This document shows positions 12,764 through 25,193 of a stretch of DNA of 64,000 nucleotides, in pieces. The stretch lies in the NCBI RefSeq assembly GCF_030013595.1, contig NZ_CP122768.1; one strand, given 5' to 3'. Origin of the DNA: Escherichia coli. Lineage in GTDB: Bacteria > Pseudomonadota > Gammaproteobacteria > Enterobacterales > Enterobacteriaceae. The notes beneath the pieces were generated by a model, which was given only the letters and a program-made list of their open reading frames with translations, was not told the origin of the DNA and did not search any database. Positions within the stretch are counted from its first letter, which is position 1. Every line of letters begins with the position of its first letter. A program made the translations under genes and the position numbers.

Positions 12764-13125
12764 CCAGTACTCTTTGCGCCGCGCACGACCCGGAAACCGA
12801 CATAATTTTTTAGTACTTTCAGATACCAGTCCATTTTTGCCTCAATTTTGCTCAATCACTTGTTTTTAAAGCAGCAAATTAAGAATAGACGTGAATGAAA
12901 TGGCAGTAAATATTCGTTCAAGGAATTAATAAAGTGCCGTGAAGGCGCGCTAAGACTGATGACAAGCGCAAAATCGCCAGATGCGCTACGCTTATCTGGC
13001 CTACGCGGCATTGTAACATATTGAATATAAACGTTTTGTAGGTTGGAGAAAACGTTTACGCCGCATCCGACATAAATAACACGCACTTAGCTAATAATCA
13101 GAGGCACCTCGTAAGGTGCCTTTTT

Positions 13126-14112
13126 TTAACCGAAGCGAACATCTCGTCCATGCGGTTCATCGAGATCCTGCCACGGACCAATTGAAATAATCCCCGTAGG
13201 GTTGATGGTCTTATGGCTGCGGAAGTAGTGATTACGGATGTGTTCGAAATTGACAGTTTCGGCAATCCCCGGCATCTGGTAGATATCGCGCAGGAAACCA
13301 TACAGGTTCAGGTAATCGCTGATGCGGTGCTTATCACACTTGAAGTGGGTGACATACACCGGATCAAAACGCACCAGCGTGGTCCACAGGCGAATATCGG
13401 CTTCGGTTAGCTGGTTGCCGGTCAGGTAACGATGCTGGCCTAAAATCTGCTCCAGTCGCGCCAGCGATTCAAACACTTTCACTACCGCCTCGTCGTAGGC
13501 TTGCTGGCTGGTGGCAAAACCGGCTTTATACACGCCATTGTTAACGGTGTCATAAATCCAGGCGTTAAGTTCGTCAATTTTCGGTTGCAGGGCTGGTGGG
13601 TAGTAATCACCAGCTTTCGCGCCCAGCGCATCAAACGCGGTATTGAACATGCGGATGATTTCTGCTGATTCGTTGCTGACGATGGTGTGGTTCTTTTTGT
13701 CCCACAGCACGGGAACAGTAACTCGTCCGCTGTAGTGTGGATCGGCGTGGAGATAAAGCTGATACAGAAATTCATGTTGATAGAGCGTATCTCCGGTTGC
13801 TCCCGGAAAACTGTCATCAAAGGTCCAGCCGTTTTCCAGCATCAGCGGGTTCACTACGGAAACGGAAATAAATGGTTCCAGTCCTTTGAGTTTACGCATG
13901 ATCAGCGTACGGTGCGCCCACGGGCAGGCGAGTGAAACATAGAGATGATAACGATCTTTCTCTGCGGTAAAACCGCCTATGCCAGTGGGGCCAGGAGTGC
14001 CATCGGCAGTGAGCCAGTTACGAAATGCGGAAGCTGAACGTTGAAATTTACCGCCGGTGGATTTGGTATCGTACCAGGTGTCATGCCAGACGCCGTCAAT
14101 CAGTTGACCCAT
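13126..14112 (-). CDS. yqjG: Glutathionyl-hydroquinone reductase YqjG (Xi-class GST)
   Basis: 328 aa starting MGQLIDGVWHDTWYDTKSTGGKFQRS, with an upstream GGAGGAG RBS. Confidence 0.9.
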   Translation of the reverse strand: MGQLIDGVWHDTWYDTKSTGGKFQRSASAFRNWLTADGTPGPTGIGGFTAEKDRYHLYVSLACPWAHRTLIMRKLKGLEPFISVSVVNPLMLENGWTFDDSFPGATGDTLYQHEFLYQLYLHADPHYSGRVTVPVLWDKKNHTIVSNESAEIIRMFNTAFDALGAKAGDYYPPALQPKIDELNAWIYDTVNNGVYKAGFATSQQAYDEAVVKVFESLARLEQILGQHRYLTGNQLTEADIRLWTTLVRFDPVYVTHFKCDKHRISDYLNLYGFLRDIYQMPGIAETVNFEHIRNHYFRSHKTINPTGIISIGPWQDLDEPHGRDVRFG

Positions 14113-14181
14113 ATTTCTCTCCTCCAATAGCAAAAACGAGGAGTTTCCTCCTCGTTTTTTATCGTTAAGTATAGCGCGTGC

Positions 14182-14574
14182 TTACCACTTTTTATTCAGC
14201 AGGCGGTCGATGCTATACGCGCCCGGACCGGTAATTGCCAGCAGCAGGAATCCGCCAGAAATTGTCAGGTTTTTCATGAACATCAGCGAGTTGACGCCTT
14301 CAGCAAAGTTGCTGTGAAATAAAAATGCCGTCAGCAGCGTAAAGCCCGCAGTAAACAGGGCTGTGGTGCGAGTCAGGAAACCAAACAGGATTGCCAGACC
14401 ACCACCAAACTCAAGCAGAATCACCAGCGGCAGCATAAAGCCTGGGACACCCATCGCTTCCATATATTGTTGGGTACCCGCGTAGCCAGTAATTTTTCCC
14501 CAGCCTGCGGTAATAAACAGAATCGGCATTAAAATGCGCGCTACCAGTACACCAACATCTTCTAATTTTTTCAT
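14182..14574 (-). CDS. yqjF: DoxX-family inner-membrane protein YqjF
   Basis: About 130 aa from MKKLEDVGVLVARIL. The start is uncertain between adjacent Met codons. Confidence 0.8.
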   Translation of the reverse strand: MKKLEDVGVLVARILMPILFITAGWGKITGYAGTQQYMEAMGVPGFMLPLVILLEFGGGLAILFGFLTRTTALFTAGFTLLTAFLFHSNFAEGVNSLMFMKNLTISGGFLLLAITGPGAYSIDRLLNKKW

Positions 14575-14731
14575 CATACTCTCCACTGCGCCACTCAGGC
14601 TGCTGATTGTTTTTTTGTGCAAGGGCGCGGTATTAGCGTCGTTGCTGTCGATGGAGAGAATCATAAACGTGGTGAATGATGATTGTTAGCAAGGAAAACT
14701 GTCAAAAATCTTCAAAAAATTTGAGGGATAA

Positions 14732-14750
14732 GGCCGGAATGGCTCCGGCC
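14732..14750 (-). terminator. Putative terminator after yqjK
   Basis: Hairpin GGCCGGAATGGCTCCGGCC followed by a U-rich tract on the minus strand. Confidence 0.45.
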
Positions 14751-14760
14751 AGAGAGGTTA

Positions 14761-15060
14761 TTAACCGCGAAGCTGTTGCTGCTTGAGGGTCGTTTTAACC
14801 AGACGCCAGGCGCTCCATAAGCCAAAACCGCGTCTGGCCCAGCGGACCAGCATATTAGGATGGCGAATCGTCCAGATCGCCATCACGCTACTGCCAACCA
14901 GCGCCCAGGAGCGCAGACTTAGCAGCATATTCCAGCGACGATCGTAAGCGCCTGTTGCCTCCAGCCATTCACGACGACTGGCAGAAAGATCCAGCCGTTG
15001 TTGCTGGATCTGGCTAAGCAGTTGCGCCTTACGTCGTTCACGTTCGACTTTACTGCTCAC
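14761..15060 (-). CDS. yqjK: Small protein YqjK (99 aa, GTG start)
   Basis: ORF MSSKVERERRKAQLLSQIQQQRLD with a GTG start and a GGAG RBS. It overlaps the yqjE stop. Confidence 0.75.
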   Translation of the reverse strand: MSSKVERERRKAQLLSQIQQQRLDLSASRREWLEATGAYDRRWNMLLSLRSWALVGSSVMAIWTIRHPNMLVRWARRGFGLWSAWRLVKTTLKQQQLRG

Positions 15061-15454
15061 GGGACTCCTCCTCGAGCAGCTGCCGATCGTTTGCCAGCTC
15101 ATGGCGTGTATGGCGCAGCAAGGTGGATTTACGCGATTTACGTAACGTCCAGATACCGCCAATCAGTGCCAGTAGCAGCAACACCACGGTGGTGGCAATC
15201 ATCGCATTCAGGCGATATTGCGGATCAACCGCCCAAATAATCAGCACCATCAGGCTCATAAGACCAAATGCAGCGAAAAGCATCGTCAGGCCCAGCATCA
15301 GTAAAAGTTGAAAGAGATTCGCTTTTTCCTCTTCCAGCTCCACCACCGCCAGCCGCAGACGTGTTTCCACCATTTCAACCATGATGGAAACAATTCGCTG
15401 CCCGATGCCCAGAACGCTTTTACCGGGCCCTTGCGCGTGATGAGTGTCCGCCAT
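15050..15454 (-). CDS. yqjE: Inner-membrane protein YqjE (DUF1469)
   Basis: 134 aa from MADTHHAQGPGKSVLGIGQRIV. Confidence 0.8.
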   Translation of the reverse strand: MADTHHAQGPGKSVLGIGQRIVSIMVEMVETRLRLAVVELEEEKANLFQLLLMLGLTMLFAAFGLMSLMVLIIWAVDPQYRLNAMIATTVVLLLLALIGGIWTLRKSRKSTLLRHTRHELANDRQLLEEESREQ

Positions 15455-15456
15455 AA

Positions 15457-15762
15457 TTAACGACGCGACAGCAGAACGCCGAGCACTACACCGATTGCAG
15501 CGCCAATGCCCACGCCCGTCCATGGATTTTCACGCACATACTCATCGGCACGCGCTGCCGCAACACGGGTTTGTTTGGCGATGGCATCACCGGTTTCACC
15601 CAGGCGATAACGGCTCTGTTTCAGTGCCTGCTCCGCTTTGCTACGAATCTTACTCAACTCTTCTTTCGACTTCTCGCCAGATGAGCTAAGCACCTCTTCC
15701 AGCGTATCGGAAAGGGATTTCAACTCAGCACGCAGATGTTCCGTAGTGTGTTCTTTCGACAT
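15457..15762 (-). CDS. yqjD: Ribosome-associated membrane protein YqjD (ElaB/YgaM/YqjD family)
   Basis: 101-aa ORF with a C-terminal transmembrane anchor. Confidence 0.85.
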   Translation of the reverse strand: MSKEHTTEHLRAELKSLSDTLEEVLSSSGEKSKEELSKIRSKAEQALKQSRYRLGETGDAIAKQTRVAAARADEYVRENPWTGVGIGAAIGVVLGVLLSRR

Positions 15763-15799
15763 AGTTTTCTCCAGGTGAGTAAGTAGTGACTATTGTGAG

Positions 15800-16168
15800 T
15801 TAGTAGTCGCGCGCTTCCAGCTTTTTCAGCTCTTCCTGCGCTTCTGCCAGTTTCCGTTCGCGTTTGGCAATCTTATCGGCATCGCCTTTTTGCTTCGCCT
15901 CGGTTAAATCTTGCTGGCGTTCCGCCACCTCATCTTTCTGCTTTGCGATTTTCTTCTGATGATCGGCACGTAGCTGGCTATCTGAACAGTTGGCCCGGAC
16001 TTCACTCAGGGCTTTATTCAGACCGTCAATACGATTCTGGTTTTGGTGTTTTTCGGCATAGCTGATCTCCTTAAGGATATTTTGCTCCTTTTCCTGACAC
16101 AGGGTAGTGGCATAACTACCGGCACTAAGAGCAAAAAGAGAAACAGCTAAAGCGATGCGGTATTTCAT
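15800..16168 (-). CDS. yqjC: Periplasmic DUF1090 protein YqjC
   Basis: 122 aa from MKYRIALAVSLFALSAGSYA with a signal peptide and a Lys/Glu-rich coiled coil. Confidence 0.8.
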   Translation of the reverse strand: MKYRIALAVSLFALSAGSYATTLCQEKEQNILKEISYAEKHQNQNRIDGLNKALSEVRANCSDSQLRADHQKKIAKQKDEVAERQQDLTEAKQKGDADKIAKRERKLAEAQEELKKLEARDY

Positions 16169-16314
16169 TCTTGAACCTTCCATTGTGATTCGGACCTATT
16201 ACAAAGGAACGATTGTCCAGACAACGAAGCGGTAGTGTTAACCACCGCCTCATTAATCATAGACAGTTACGGTGAAATCACCAAAGTCAGTGATATGTTT
16301 CGGATAACAGGAAG

Positions 16315-16698
16315 TTATCCGAAGCGATGAGAGTTATCCCGCAACCGGGTCAGCCACTGCATAGCCTGACTATTATTGTCCTGCTGCGCGATGATGTAGC
16401 CATGGGGCAATGTTCTGTCGAGGACCGCTTTTGCGGCGGCACTCTGGTCGCTGGAGTCAAAGGTAATTAACAGAGTGTCATTTTTGGGGGTGATACTTTT
16501 GAAAGGAATGCCGTGAGCGTCAAGGTGATGCCAGATTGAAAAACCGTCTGGCATCGTTGTCCCTTGATGAACGGCACGAATCGCCAGCGTAGACTCTTGC
16601 TGGCGAACCGCGGACCAGGCCAGCAACAGTGTGCCGACCAGAAGTAAAACAGCGCCGGACCAGGCTAGCTGGCGAAGCGACATGCGAGGTATTTGCAT
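16315..16698 (-). CDS. mzrA: Modulator of EnvZ/OmpR, MzrA (YqjB)
   Basis: 127-aa ORF with an N-terminal transmembrane segment, in the conserved position. Confidence 0.8.
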   Translation of the reverse strand: MQIPRMSLRQLAWSGAVLLLVGTLLLAWSAVRQQESTLAIRAVHQGTTMPDGFSIWHHLDAHGIPFKSITPKNDTLLITFDSSDQSAAAKAVLDRTLPHGYIIAQQDNNSQAMQWLTRLRDNSHRFG

Positions 16699-16701
16699 CC
16701 C

Positions 16702-17364
16702 TTACCCCCGATTTCCATATTTCTTTTTCCATAACACGACCAGAGAACCTGCCAGGCCAAACACCAGCAGCACCACCGGGAGCAGCATCAGGCATGACAT
16801 CAGCTGGTCCTCGTACTTTAAAAATACCGGCGTTTTGCCGAGCATGTAACCCAGAGTTGTCAGGATCAATACCCACAGCAGACCGCTCATCCAGTTGAAG
16901 AACTGAAAGCGCGCGTTATTCAGCCCTGATAATCCGGCAATCGTCGGCAGCAGTGTTCTGACAAATGCAATAAAGCGACCAATTAACAGCGCCGATAAAC
17001 CGTGTTTATGAAAAAGATGGTGTGCGCGTTGATGATAATGCGCGGGTAAATGAGATAGCCAGTTTTGTACGGTGCGGGTATTGCCCAACCATCGCCCCTG
17101 AATATAGCTGACCCAGCAACCGAGGCTGGCGGCAACGGTCAGCAGCAGAATCGTTTGCGGATAGCCCATCGCGCCTTTCGCAATCAATACGCCGACCAAC
17201 ACCAGTAAACTGTCGCCCGGTAAAAAGGCCGCCGGAAGCAAGCCGTTTTCAAGGAACAAAATTACAAACAAGACAAAATACAACATGCCAATCATCGACG
17301 GATTGGCCAGGGTTTCAAAATCCTGCGCCCACAGGGCTTGCAGCAATTGGGTCAAAAGTTCCAT
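16702..17364 (-). CDS. yqjA: DedA-family inner-membrane protein YqjA
   Basis: 220-aa polytopic ORF of the DedA family. Confidence 0.85.
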   Translation of the reverse strand: MELLTQLLQALWAQDFETLANPSMIGMLYFVLFVILFLENGLLPAAFLPGDSLLVLVGVLIAKGAMGYPQTILLLTVAASLGCWVSYIQGRWLGNTRTVQNWLSHLPAHYHQRAHHLFHKHGLSALLIGRFIAFVRTLLPTIAGLSGLNNARFQFFNWMSGLLWVLILTTLGYMLGKTPVFLKYEDQLMSCLMLLPVVLLVFGLAGSLVVLWKKKYGNRG

Positions 17365-17708
17365 TCATTATTCCTGGTGAATCGGTTAACGCCACGCTGG
17401 TTTTAAAAGATGCACTACCGCAATGTTATTGCTGTTTTGGTATGTTTTGCGGGTTTGATACATCAACACAGCCTGAACTATTCCCTGTTAAATCGTGAGA
17501 TAAGAAAGCATTCAAAAGCATAAATTCAAATTGAATCTAATTGTAACAAAGGTCAACGTTGTTCGTTATCAAAATTACATGTCCGTGGAGTCTGATTTTG
17601 CTGATTGCAGGGGAGGGTGGCGAGAGGATTTACACAGGCTGACACTTTATACTTTTCGCTTACCGACGAAGCAAACAGGCGCATTGCAGCGCCTGTCGGA
17701 TGGAAATT

Positions 17709-18485
17709 TCATTTGCTGCCGCTGGTGGCCGTATCGAGATGCACAACCGGGTTTTCTGCGAACAGATAGCGGTCGGCATTGAACTCGAAATCGTCGCTGG
17801 TTTCGTTAAATAACATGATTTTGGTGTTTTCCAGATGCTGCCACATTGCCAGCTTAGCAGCATGAGGATCTTTGCGAATTAACGCCTTGAGGATCTGATC
17901 GTGGTCATCGCACCAGTTATCGACAGTACGGGCATCAATGTGTTCGTGTAGTTTTTTCCAGTACGGGTTATGGCTACGTTGGGTCCACATTTTTTCAACG
18001 ATAGCCGCCAGGGCGGAGTTCTGCGTCGCCAGGGCTACCTGAATGTGGAACTGCAAATCCCACTCGGAATCACGGAAGCATTGTTCGCCGCGCGCCTGCT
18101 CCTGGATGGCCATCAATTTCATGATGTCCTGTTTCGTTACCTGAGTTGCCGCGAACTCGGCAATATTACTTTCGATGAGCTGGCGAGCCTGGAGCAACTC
18201 AAACGGACCGTAATTGGCGAATTCCATATTATTGTCCGCCGCCTGCTGATGACGCGGCTGGTTGGAAACCACGTGAATACCTGAACCTTTACGCACCTCC
18301 ACATAGCCTTCAACTTCCAGCATGATGATGGCTTCACGAACTACCGTACGGCTGACGTTCTTTTCATCGGCAATAAAGCGCTCAGCAGGCAGTTTATCAC
18401 CCACCAGATAGACGCCCTGTTCGATGCGCTCTTTCAGATCAGCGGCAAGTTGTTGATACAAACGGCGTGGTTCAGTGATTTCCAT
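17709..18485 (-). CDS. exuR: Hexuronate regulon repressor ExuR (GntR/FadR family)
   Basis: 258 aa from [24 protein letters not shown] with a GntR HTH. Confidence 0.9.
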   Translation of the reverse strand: MEITEPRRLYQQLAADLKERIEQGVYLVGDKLPAERFIADEKNVSRTVVREAIIMLEVEGYVEVRKGSGIHVVSNQPRHQQAADNNMEFANYGPFELLQARQLIESNIAEFAATQVTKQDIMKLMAIQEQARGEQCFRDSEWDLQFHIQVALATQNSALAAIVEKMWTQRSHNPYWKKLHEHIDARTVDNWCDDHDQILKALIRKDPHAAKLAMWQHLENTKIMLFNETSDDFEFNADRYLFAENPVVHLDTATSGSK

Positions 18486-18559
18486 ATGCGCTCCAGGCAT
18501 GATACGGCAGACTATATTTGTTATACCACTTTTGCGAGTTTAGCTCTACTCACAGTGAT

Positions 18560-18590
18560 GAAAAAGCCGCCTGAGAAGGCGGCTTTGAAG
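18560..18590 (-). terminator. Rho-independent terminator after exuT
   Basis: Stem GCCGCCTTCTCAGGCGGC followed by a UUUUUCAUC tract on the minus strand. Confidence 0.6.
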
Positions 18591-18614
18591 GGAAACTAAA
18601 ACTTACACGAAGCC

Positions 18615-19913
18615 TTAATGTTGCGGTGCAGGATCGTTATGTGTTTCCTGCGCCACCTCAATCGCCGGTTTGTTCTGCAACACGGTCCAGATAACCAGTG
18701 CACCCAGCAGGTCGAATACTGCCAGAACTGCGAACAGCGGGCTGAAGCCGATGGTGTCAGCCAGTGCACCGACAACCAGCGCAAACAGCGTACTTGCCAG
18801 CCATGCGGACATCCCGGTTAAACCGTTCGCCGTCGCCACTTCGTTACGACCGAACACGTCAGAAGAGAGCGTAATCAGCGCGCCAGACAGTGCCTGGTGA
18901 GCAAAACCACCGATACACAGCAGCATAATTGCGACATACGGGTTGGTGAACAAACCGATCATACCCGGGCCAATCATCAGCACTGCACCCAGCGTTACGA
19001 CCATCTTACGGGAAACGATCAGGTTCACACCAAACCAACGCTGGAACAGCGGCGGCAGGTAACCACCGAGGATACAACCGAGGTCAGCAAACAGCATCGG
19101 CATCCAGGCGAACATCGCAATCTCTTTCAGGTTAAAGCCGTAAACTTTAAACATGAACAGCGGGATCCACGCGTTAAAAGTACCCCAGGCCGGTTCTGCC
19201 AGGAAACGCGGCAGCGCGATACCCCAGAACTGACGGTTACGCAGGATCTGACCAACGGACATTTTCTTCGCCGTGCTCACCTGGTGCTGGGCTTCCTGAC
19301 CATTAATAATATAGTCGCGTTCTTCATCGGTCAGATGCTTCTGGTCGCGCGGATGTTTATAGAAAATCAGCCATGCCATCGCCCAGATAAAGCTCAATGC
19401 ACCGGAGATGATAAATGCCATCTGCCAGCTGTGCATTACGATTGCCCATACCACCAGCGGCGGTGCAATCATCGCACCAATCGAAGAACCTACGTTAAAG
19501 TAACCTACCGCGATGGAACGCTCTTTCGCCGGGAACCATTCGGAGCTGGCTTTCAGACCCGCCGGGATCATCGCTGCTTCCGCGGCACCGACCGCACCAC
19601 GAGCAACAGCCAGGCCGCCCCAGCTACCTGCCAGCGCGGTTGCACCACAGAACACGGCCCACAGCACAGCAAACATTGCATAACCGATTTTCGTACCCAG
19701 CACATCCAGTACATAACCTGCTACCGGTTGCATGACCGTATAAGCAGCAGAATAGGCTGCGATGATATAGGAATACTGTTGGGTGGAGATGTTTAACTCT
19801 TCCATCAGAGTTGGCGCAGCTGCCGCCACAGTGTTACGCGTCAGGTAACCAAGCACGGTGCCGAGCGTCACCAGTGCGATCATATACCAACGTAACCCTT
19901 TAATTTTACGCAT
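18615..19913 (-). CDS. exuT: Hexuronate:H+ symporter ExuT (MFS)
   Basis: 432 aa from MRKIKGLRWYMIALVTLG with a GAGG RBS. The track ORF extends 40 codons further upstream. Confidence 0.9.
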   Translation of the reverse strand: MRKIKGLRWYMIALVTLGTVLGYLTRNTVAAAAPTLMEELNISTQQYSYIIAAYSAAYTVMQPVAGYVLDVLGTKIGYAMFAVLWAVFCGATALAGSWGGLAVARGAVGAAEAAMIPAGLKASSEWFPAKERSIAVGYFNVGSSIGAMIAPPLVVWAIVMHSWQMAFIISGALSFIWAMAWLIFYKHPRDQKHLTDEERDYIINGQEAQHQVSTAKKMSVGQILRNRQFWGIALPRFLAEPAWGTFNAWIPLFMFKVYGFNLKEIAMFAWMPMLFADLGCILGGYLPPLFQRWFGVNLIVSRKMVVTLGAVLMIGPGMIGLFTNPYVAIMLLCIGGFAHQALSGALITLSSDVFGRNEVATANGLTGMSAWLASTLFALVVGALADTIGFSPLFAVLAVFDLLGALVIWTVLQNKPAIEVAQETHNDPAPQH

Positions 19914-20033
19914 GTAAAACCTCATCGTTTTGTTATATCCGCAGGAAGCGCGGCCATCATCCCGCCAGAGGCTGAAGATGTTAGTTACGACCGGGTAACC
20001 GAAAAAAAACCGGCACGCCCCGAACGTTGCCAT

Positions 20034-21808
<1,775 letters not shown>

Positions 21809-21822
21809 GGTCTGGGGTTGAT

Positions 21823-23310
21823 ATGCAATACATCAAGATCCATGCGCTGGATAACGTCGCGGTCGCTTTAGCAGATTTGGCTGAAGGCACAGAAGTCAGT
21901 GTCGATAACCAGGCTGTTACGCTGCGCCAGGATGTTGCTCGTGGACATAAATTTGCGTTAACGGATATCGCAAAAGGGGCCAACGTCATCAAATATGGCC
22001 TGCCGATTGGTTATGCATTGGCGGATATTGCGGCGGGGGAACACGTTCACGCCCACAATACGCGCACGAATCTGAGCGATCTGGATCAGTATCGCTATCA
22101 ACCTGATTTTCAGGATCTGCCTGCGCAAGCGGCAGATCGTGAAGTGCAGATCTATCGTCGCGCTAACGGCGATGTCGGGGTGCGCAATGAGCTGTGGATC
22201 CTGCCAACCGTGGGCTGTGTCAACGGCATCGCGCGGCAGATCCAAAATCGTTTCCTGAAAGAGACCAACAACGCTGAAGGTACCGACGGCGTGTTCCTCT
22301 TCAGCCACACCTACGGCTGCTCACAGCTGGGCGACGATCACATTAATACCCGCACCATGCTGCAAAATATGGTGCGCCACCCGAACGCGGGCGCAGTGCT
22401 GGTGATTGGCCTGGGTTGTGAAAACAACCAGGTTGCCGCATTCCGTGAAACGCTGGGCGATATCGATCCTGAACGCGTTCATTTCATGATCTGCCAACAG
22501 CAGGATGATGAGATCGAAGCCGGGATCGAGCATTTGCATCAGCTGTATAGCGTGATGCGCAACGATAAACGCGAACCGGGCAAACTCAGCGAACTGAAGT
22601 TTGGTCTGGAGTGCGGTGGTTCTGACGGTCTTTCTGGTATTACTGCTAACCCGATGCTGGGGCGTTTCTCTGACTACGTGATTGCTAACGGTGGTACTAC
22701 CGTACTGACCGAAGTGCCGGAGATGTTTGGCGCAGAGCAGTTGCTGATGGACCATTGCCGCGACGAAGCAACGTTTGAAAAACTGGTCACCATGGTCAAC
22801 GACTTCAAACAGTACTTTATTGCCCATGACCAGCCGATCTACGAAAACCCATCACCGGGGAACAAAGCGGGCGGTATCACCACGCTGGAAGACAAATCAC
22901 TTGGCTGTACCCAGAAAGCGGGTTCCAGTGTCGTGGTTGACGTGCTGCGTTACGGCGAGCGTCTGAAAACGCCGGGGCTGAACTTGTTAAGTGCGCCGGG
23001 TAACGATGCCGTAGCGACCAGCGCCCTGGCGGGTGCGGGCTGTCATATGGTGCTGTTCAGTACTGGTCGTGGCACGCCGTATGGTGGATTTGTGCCGACG
23101 GTGAAAATCGCCACCAACAGTGAACTGGCGGCGAAGAAAAAACACTGGATCGACTTTGACGCGGGTCAGCTGATCCACGGTAAAGCGATGCCGCAGTTGC
23201 TGGAAGAATTCATCGATACCATCGTTGAGTTTGCCAACGGTAAGCAAACCTGTAACGAGCGTAACGACTTCCGCGAACTGGCGATCTTCAAAAGCGGCGT
23301 AACGCTATAA
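21823..23310 (+). CDS. uxaA: Altronate dehydratase UxaA
   Basis: 495-aa ORF of the SAF/altronate hydrolase family, immediately downstream of uxaC. Confidence 0.95.
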   Translation: MQYIKIHALDNVAVALADLAEGTEVSVDNQAVTLRQDVARGHKFALTDIAKGANVIKYGLPIGYALADIAAGEHVHAHNTRTNLSDLDQYRYQPDFQDLPAQAADREVQIYRRANGDVGVRNELWILPTVGCVNGIARQIQNRFLKETNNAEGTDGVFLFSHTYGCSQLGDDHINTRTMLQNMVRHPNAGAVLVIGLGCENNQVAAFRETLGDIDPERVHFMICQQQDDEIEAGIEHLHQLYSVMRNDKREPGKLSELKFGLECGGSDGLSGITANPMLGRFSDYVIANGGTTVLTEVPEMFGAEQLLMDHCRDEATFEKLVTMVNDFKQYFIAHDQPIYENPSPGNKAGGITTLEDKSLGCTQKAGSSVVVDVLRYGERLKTPGLNLLSAPGNDAVATSALAGAGCHMVLFSTGRGTPYGGFVPTVKIATNSELAAKKKHWIDFDAGQLIHGKAMPQLLEEFIDTIVEFANGKQTCNERNDFRELAIFKSGVTL

Positions 23311-23331
23311 AGTCGAAATGAGTTGTTAATA

Positions 23332-23370
23332 AAAAACGGCGTTTCATAATGTGAAGCGCCGTTTGCTTTT
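23332..23370 (+). terminator. Rho-independent terminator after uxaA
   Basis: Stem AAACGGCGTTTCATAATGTGAAGCGCCGTTT followed by GCTTTT. Confidence 0.6.
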
Positions 23371-23392
23371 CCAGACCTGCTAAGGATTTATC

Positions 23393-23944
23393 ATGACCGC
23401 GTATTGGCTGGCCCAGGGCGTGGGTGTCATCGCCTTTCTGATTGGTATCACAACATTTTTCAATCGTGACGAACGTCGCTTCAAAAAGCAGCTTTCGGTC
23501 TATAGCGCCGTTATTGGCGTACATTTTTTTCTTCTGGGCACCTATCCCGCCGGTGCCAGTGCCATCCTTAATGCCATTCGTACATTGATTACCTTACGCA
23601 CGCGCAGCTTATGGGTAATGGCGATTTTTATTGTGCTGACTGGCGGAATTGGCCTCGCGAAGTTCCATCATCCTGTCGAACTATTGCCGGTTATCGGCAC
23701 GATTGTCAGTACCTGGGCGCTATTCCGCTGTAAAGGGCTGACCATGCGCTGCGTAATGTGGTTTTCAACGTGTTGCTGGGTGATTCACAACTTCTGGGCG
23801 GGGTCGATAGGCGGCACGATGATTGAGGGTAGTTTTCTGCTGATGAATGGTCTGAATATCATTCGTTTCTGGCGGATGCAGAAAAGGGGAATTGATCCGT
23901 TTAAAGTAGAGAAAACCCCTTCCGCCGTAGACGAAAGGGGTTAA
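23393..23944 (+). CDS. ygjV: Inner-membrane protein YgjV
   Basis: 183-aa polytopic membrane ORF in the conserved position. Confidence 0.8.
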   Translation: MTAYWLAQGVGVIAFLIGITTFFNRDERRFKKQLSVYSAVIGVHFFLLGTYPAGASAILNAIRTLITLRTRSLWVMAIFIVLTGGIGLAKFHHPVELLPVIGTIVSTWALFRCKGLTMRCVMWFSTCCWVIHNFWAGSIGGTMIEGSFLLMNGLNIIRFWRMQKRGIDPFKVEKTPSAVDERG

Positions 23945-23948
23945 ACAA

Positions 23949-25193
23949 TTAATTACGCAGGGCGCTATTTGCCAGACGATCGTCTTCTGCCTGGCAAGCT
24001 GCCGCAGTGAATAGCACGTCAGTTGAAGAGTTCAGCGCGGTTTCGCAAGAGTCCTGCAATACGCCGATGATAAAGCCGACGGCAACCACCTGCATGGCGA
24101 TATCGTTCGAAATACCGAACATATTACAGGCCAGTGGGATCAGCAGCAGAGACCCCCCCGCCACGCCGGATGCGCCACAGGCACACAGAGAAGCCACTAC
24201 GCTCAACAGCAGCGCTGTGGGCAGATCGACCGGAATACCCAGCGTATTAACCGCAGCCAGCGTCAACACGGTAATGGTGATTGCTGCGCCCGCCATATTG
24301 ATGGTGGCTCCCAGCGGAATAGAAACGGAATAGGTATCGCGATCCAGATTCAGCTTTTCACACAGCGCCATATTCACCGGAATGTTCGCTGCAGAGCTGC
24401 GGGTGAAGAAGGCATACACACCGCTTTCACGCAGGCACAGCAGCACCAGCGGGAACGGGTTACGACGAATTTTCCACCACACCAGCAATGGGTTAACCAC
24501 CAGCGCCACCAGTAACATACAGCCAACCAGCACGACCAGCAGTTGCGCGTAGCCCCACAGTGTGGAGAAACCGGTGGTTGCCAGGGTAGAAGAAACCAGA
24601 CCAAAAATACCGATCGGTGCGAAGCGAATGACCAGTTTCACCATAAAGGTGACGGCATTCGACATATCGTTGATCAGGTTTTTGGTGGTCTCGTTACCGT
24701 GACGCAGTGCGAAACCGAGGCCAATTGCCCACACCAGGATCCCGATGTAGTTACCTTTCAGCAGCGCGTCGATGGGGTTGGAAACCATGCTCATTACCAG
24801 CCCGCGCATCACTTCTACAATGCCTGACGGCGGCGAAATATCACCCGCGCTACTGGATAAGTGCAGGGTAGAAGGGAAGGCAAAGCTGAAGACTACTGCG
24901 GCCAGAGCAGCAGAGAAGGTGCCCAGCAGATAGAGGAACAAAATAGGGCGGATATTGGTTTTCTGCCCGTGCTGGTGGTTAGCAATAGATGCCATTACCA
25001 GCATCAACACCAGGATGGGGGCAACGGCTTTCAGTGCGCCGACGAACAAAGTACCTAACAGACCAACAGCTTCCGCCGCGGGTTTTGAGATCCATGCCAG
25101 AAGAATCCCCAGAACAAGGCCGACCAGGATTTGTTTTACCAGGCTGCCATGAGCCAGACGCCGGAATAGCCCCGGTGAACGTTGCGTAGTCAT
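23949..25193 (-). CDS. sstT: Serine/threonine:Na+ symporter SstT (DAACS family)
   Basis: 414-aa [29 protein letters not shown]. Confidence 0.9.
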   Translation of the reverse strand: MTTQRSPGLFRRLAHGSLVKQILVGLVLGILLAWISKPAAEAVGLLGTLFVGALKAVAPILVLMLVMASIANHQHGQKTNIRPILFLYLLGTFSAALAAVVFSFAFPSTLHLSSSAGDISPPSGIVEVMRGLVMSMVSNPIDALLKGNYIGILVWAIGLGFALRHGNETTKNLINDMSNAVTFMVKLVIRFAPIGIFGLVSSTLATTGFSTLWGYAQLLVVLVGCMLLVALVVNPLLVWWKIRRNPFPLVLLCLRESGVYAFFTRSSAANIPVNMALCEKLNLDRDTYSVSIPLGATINMAGAAITITVLTLAAVNTLGIPVDLPTALLLSVVASLCACGASGVAGGSLLLIPLACNMFGISNDIAMQVVAVGFIIGVLQDSCETALNSSTDVLFTAAACQAEDDRLANSALRN

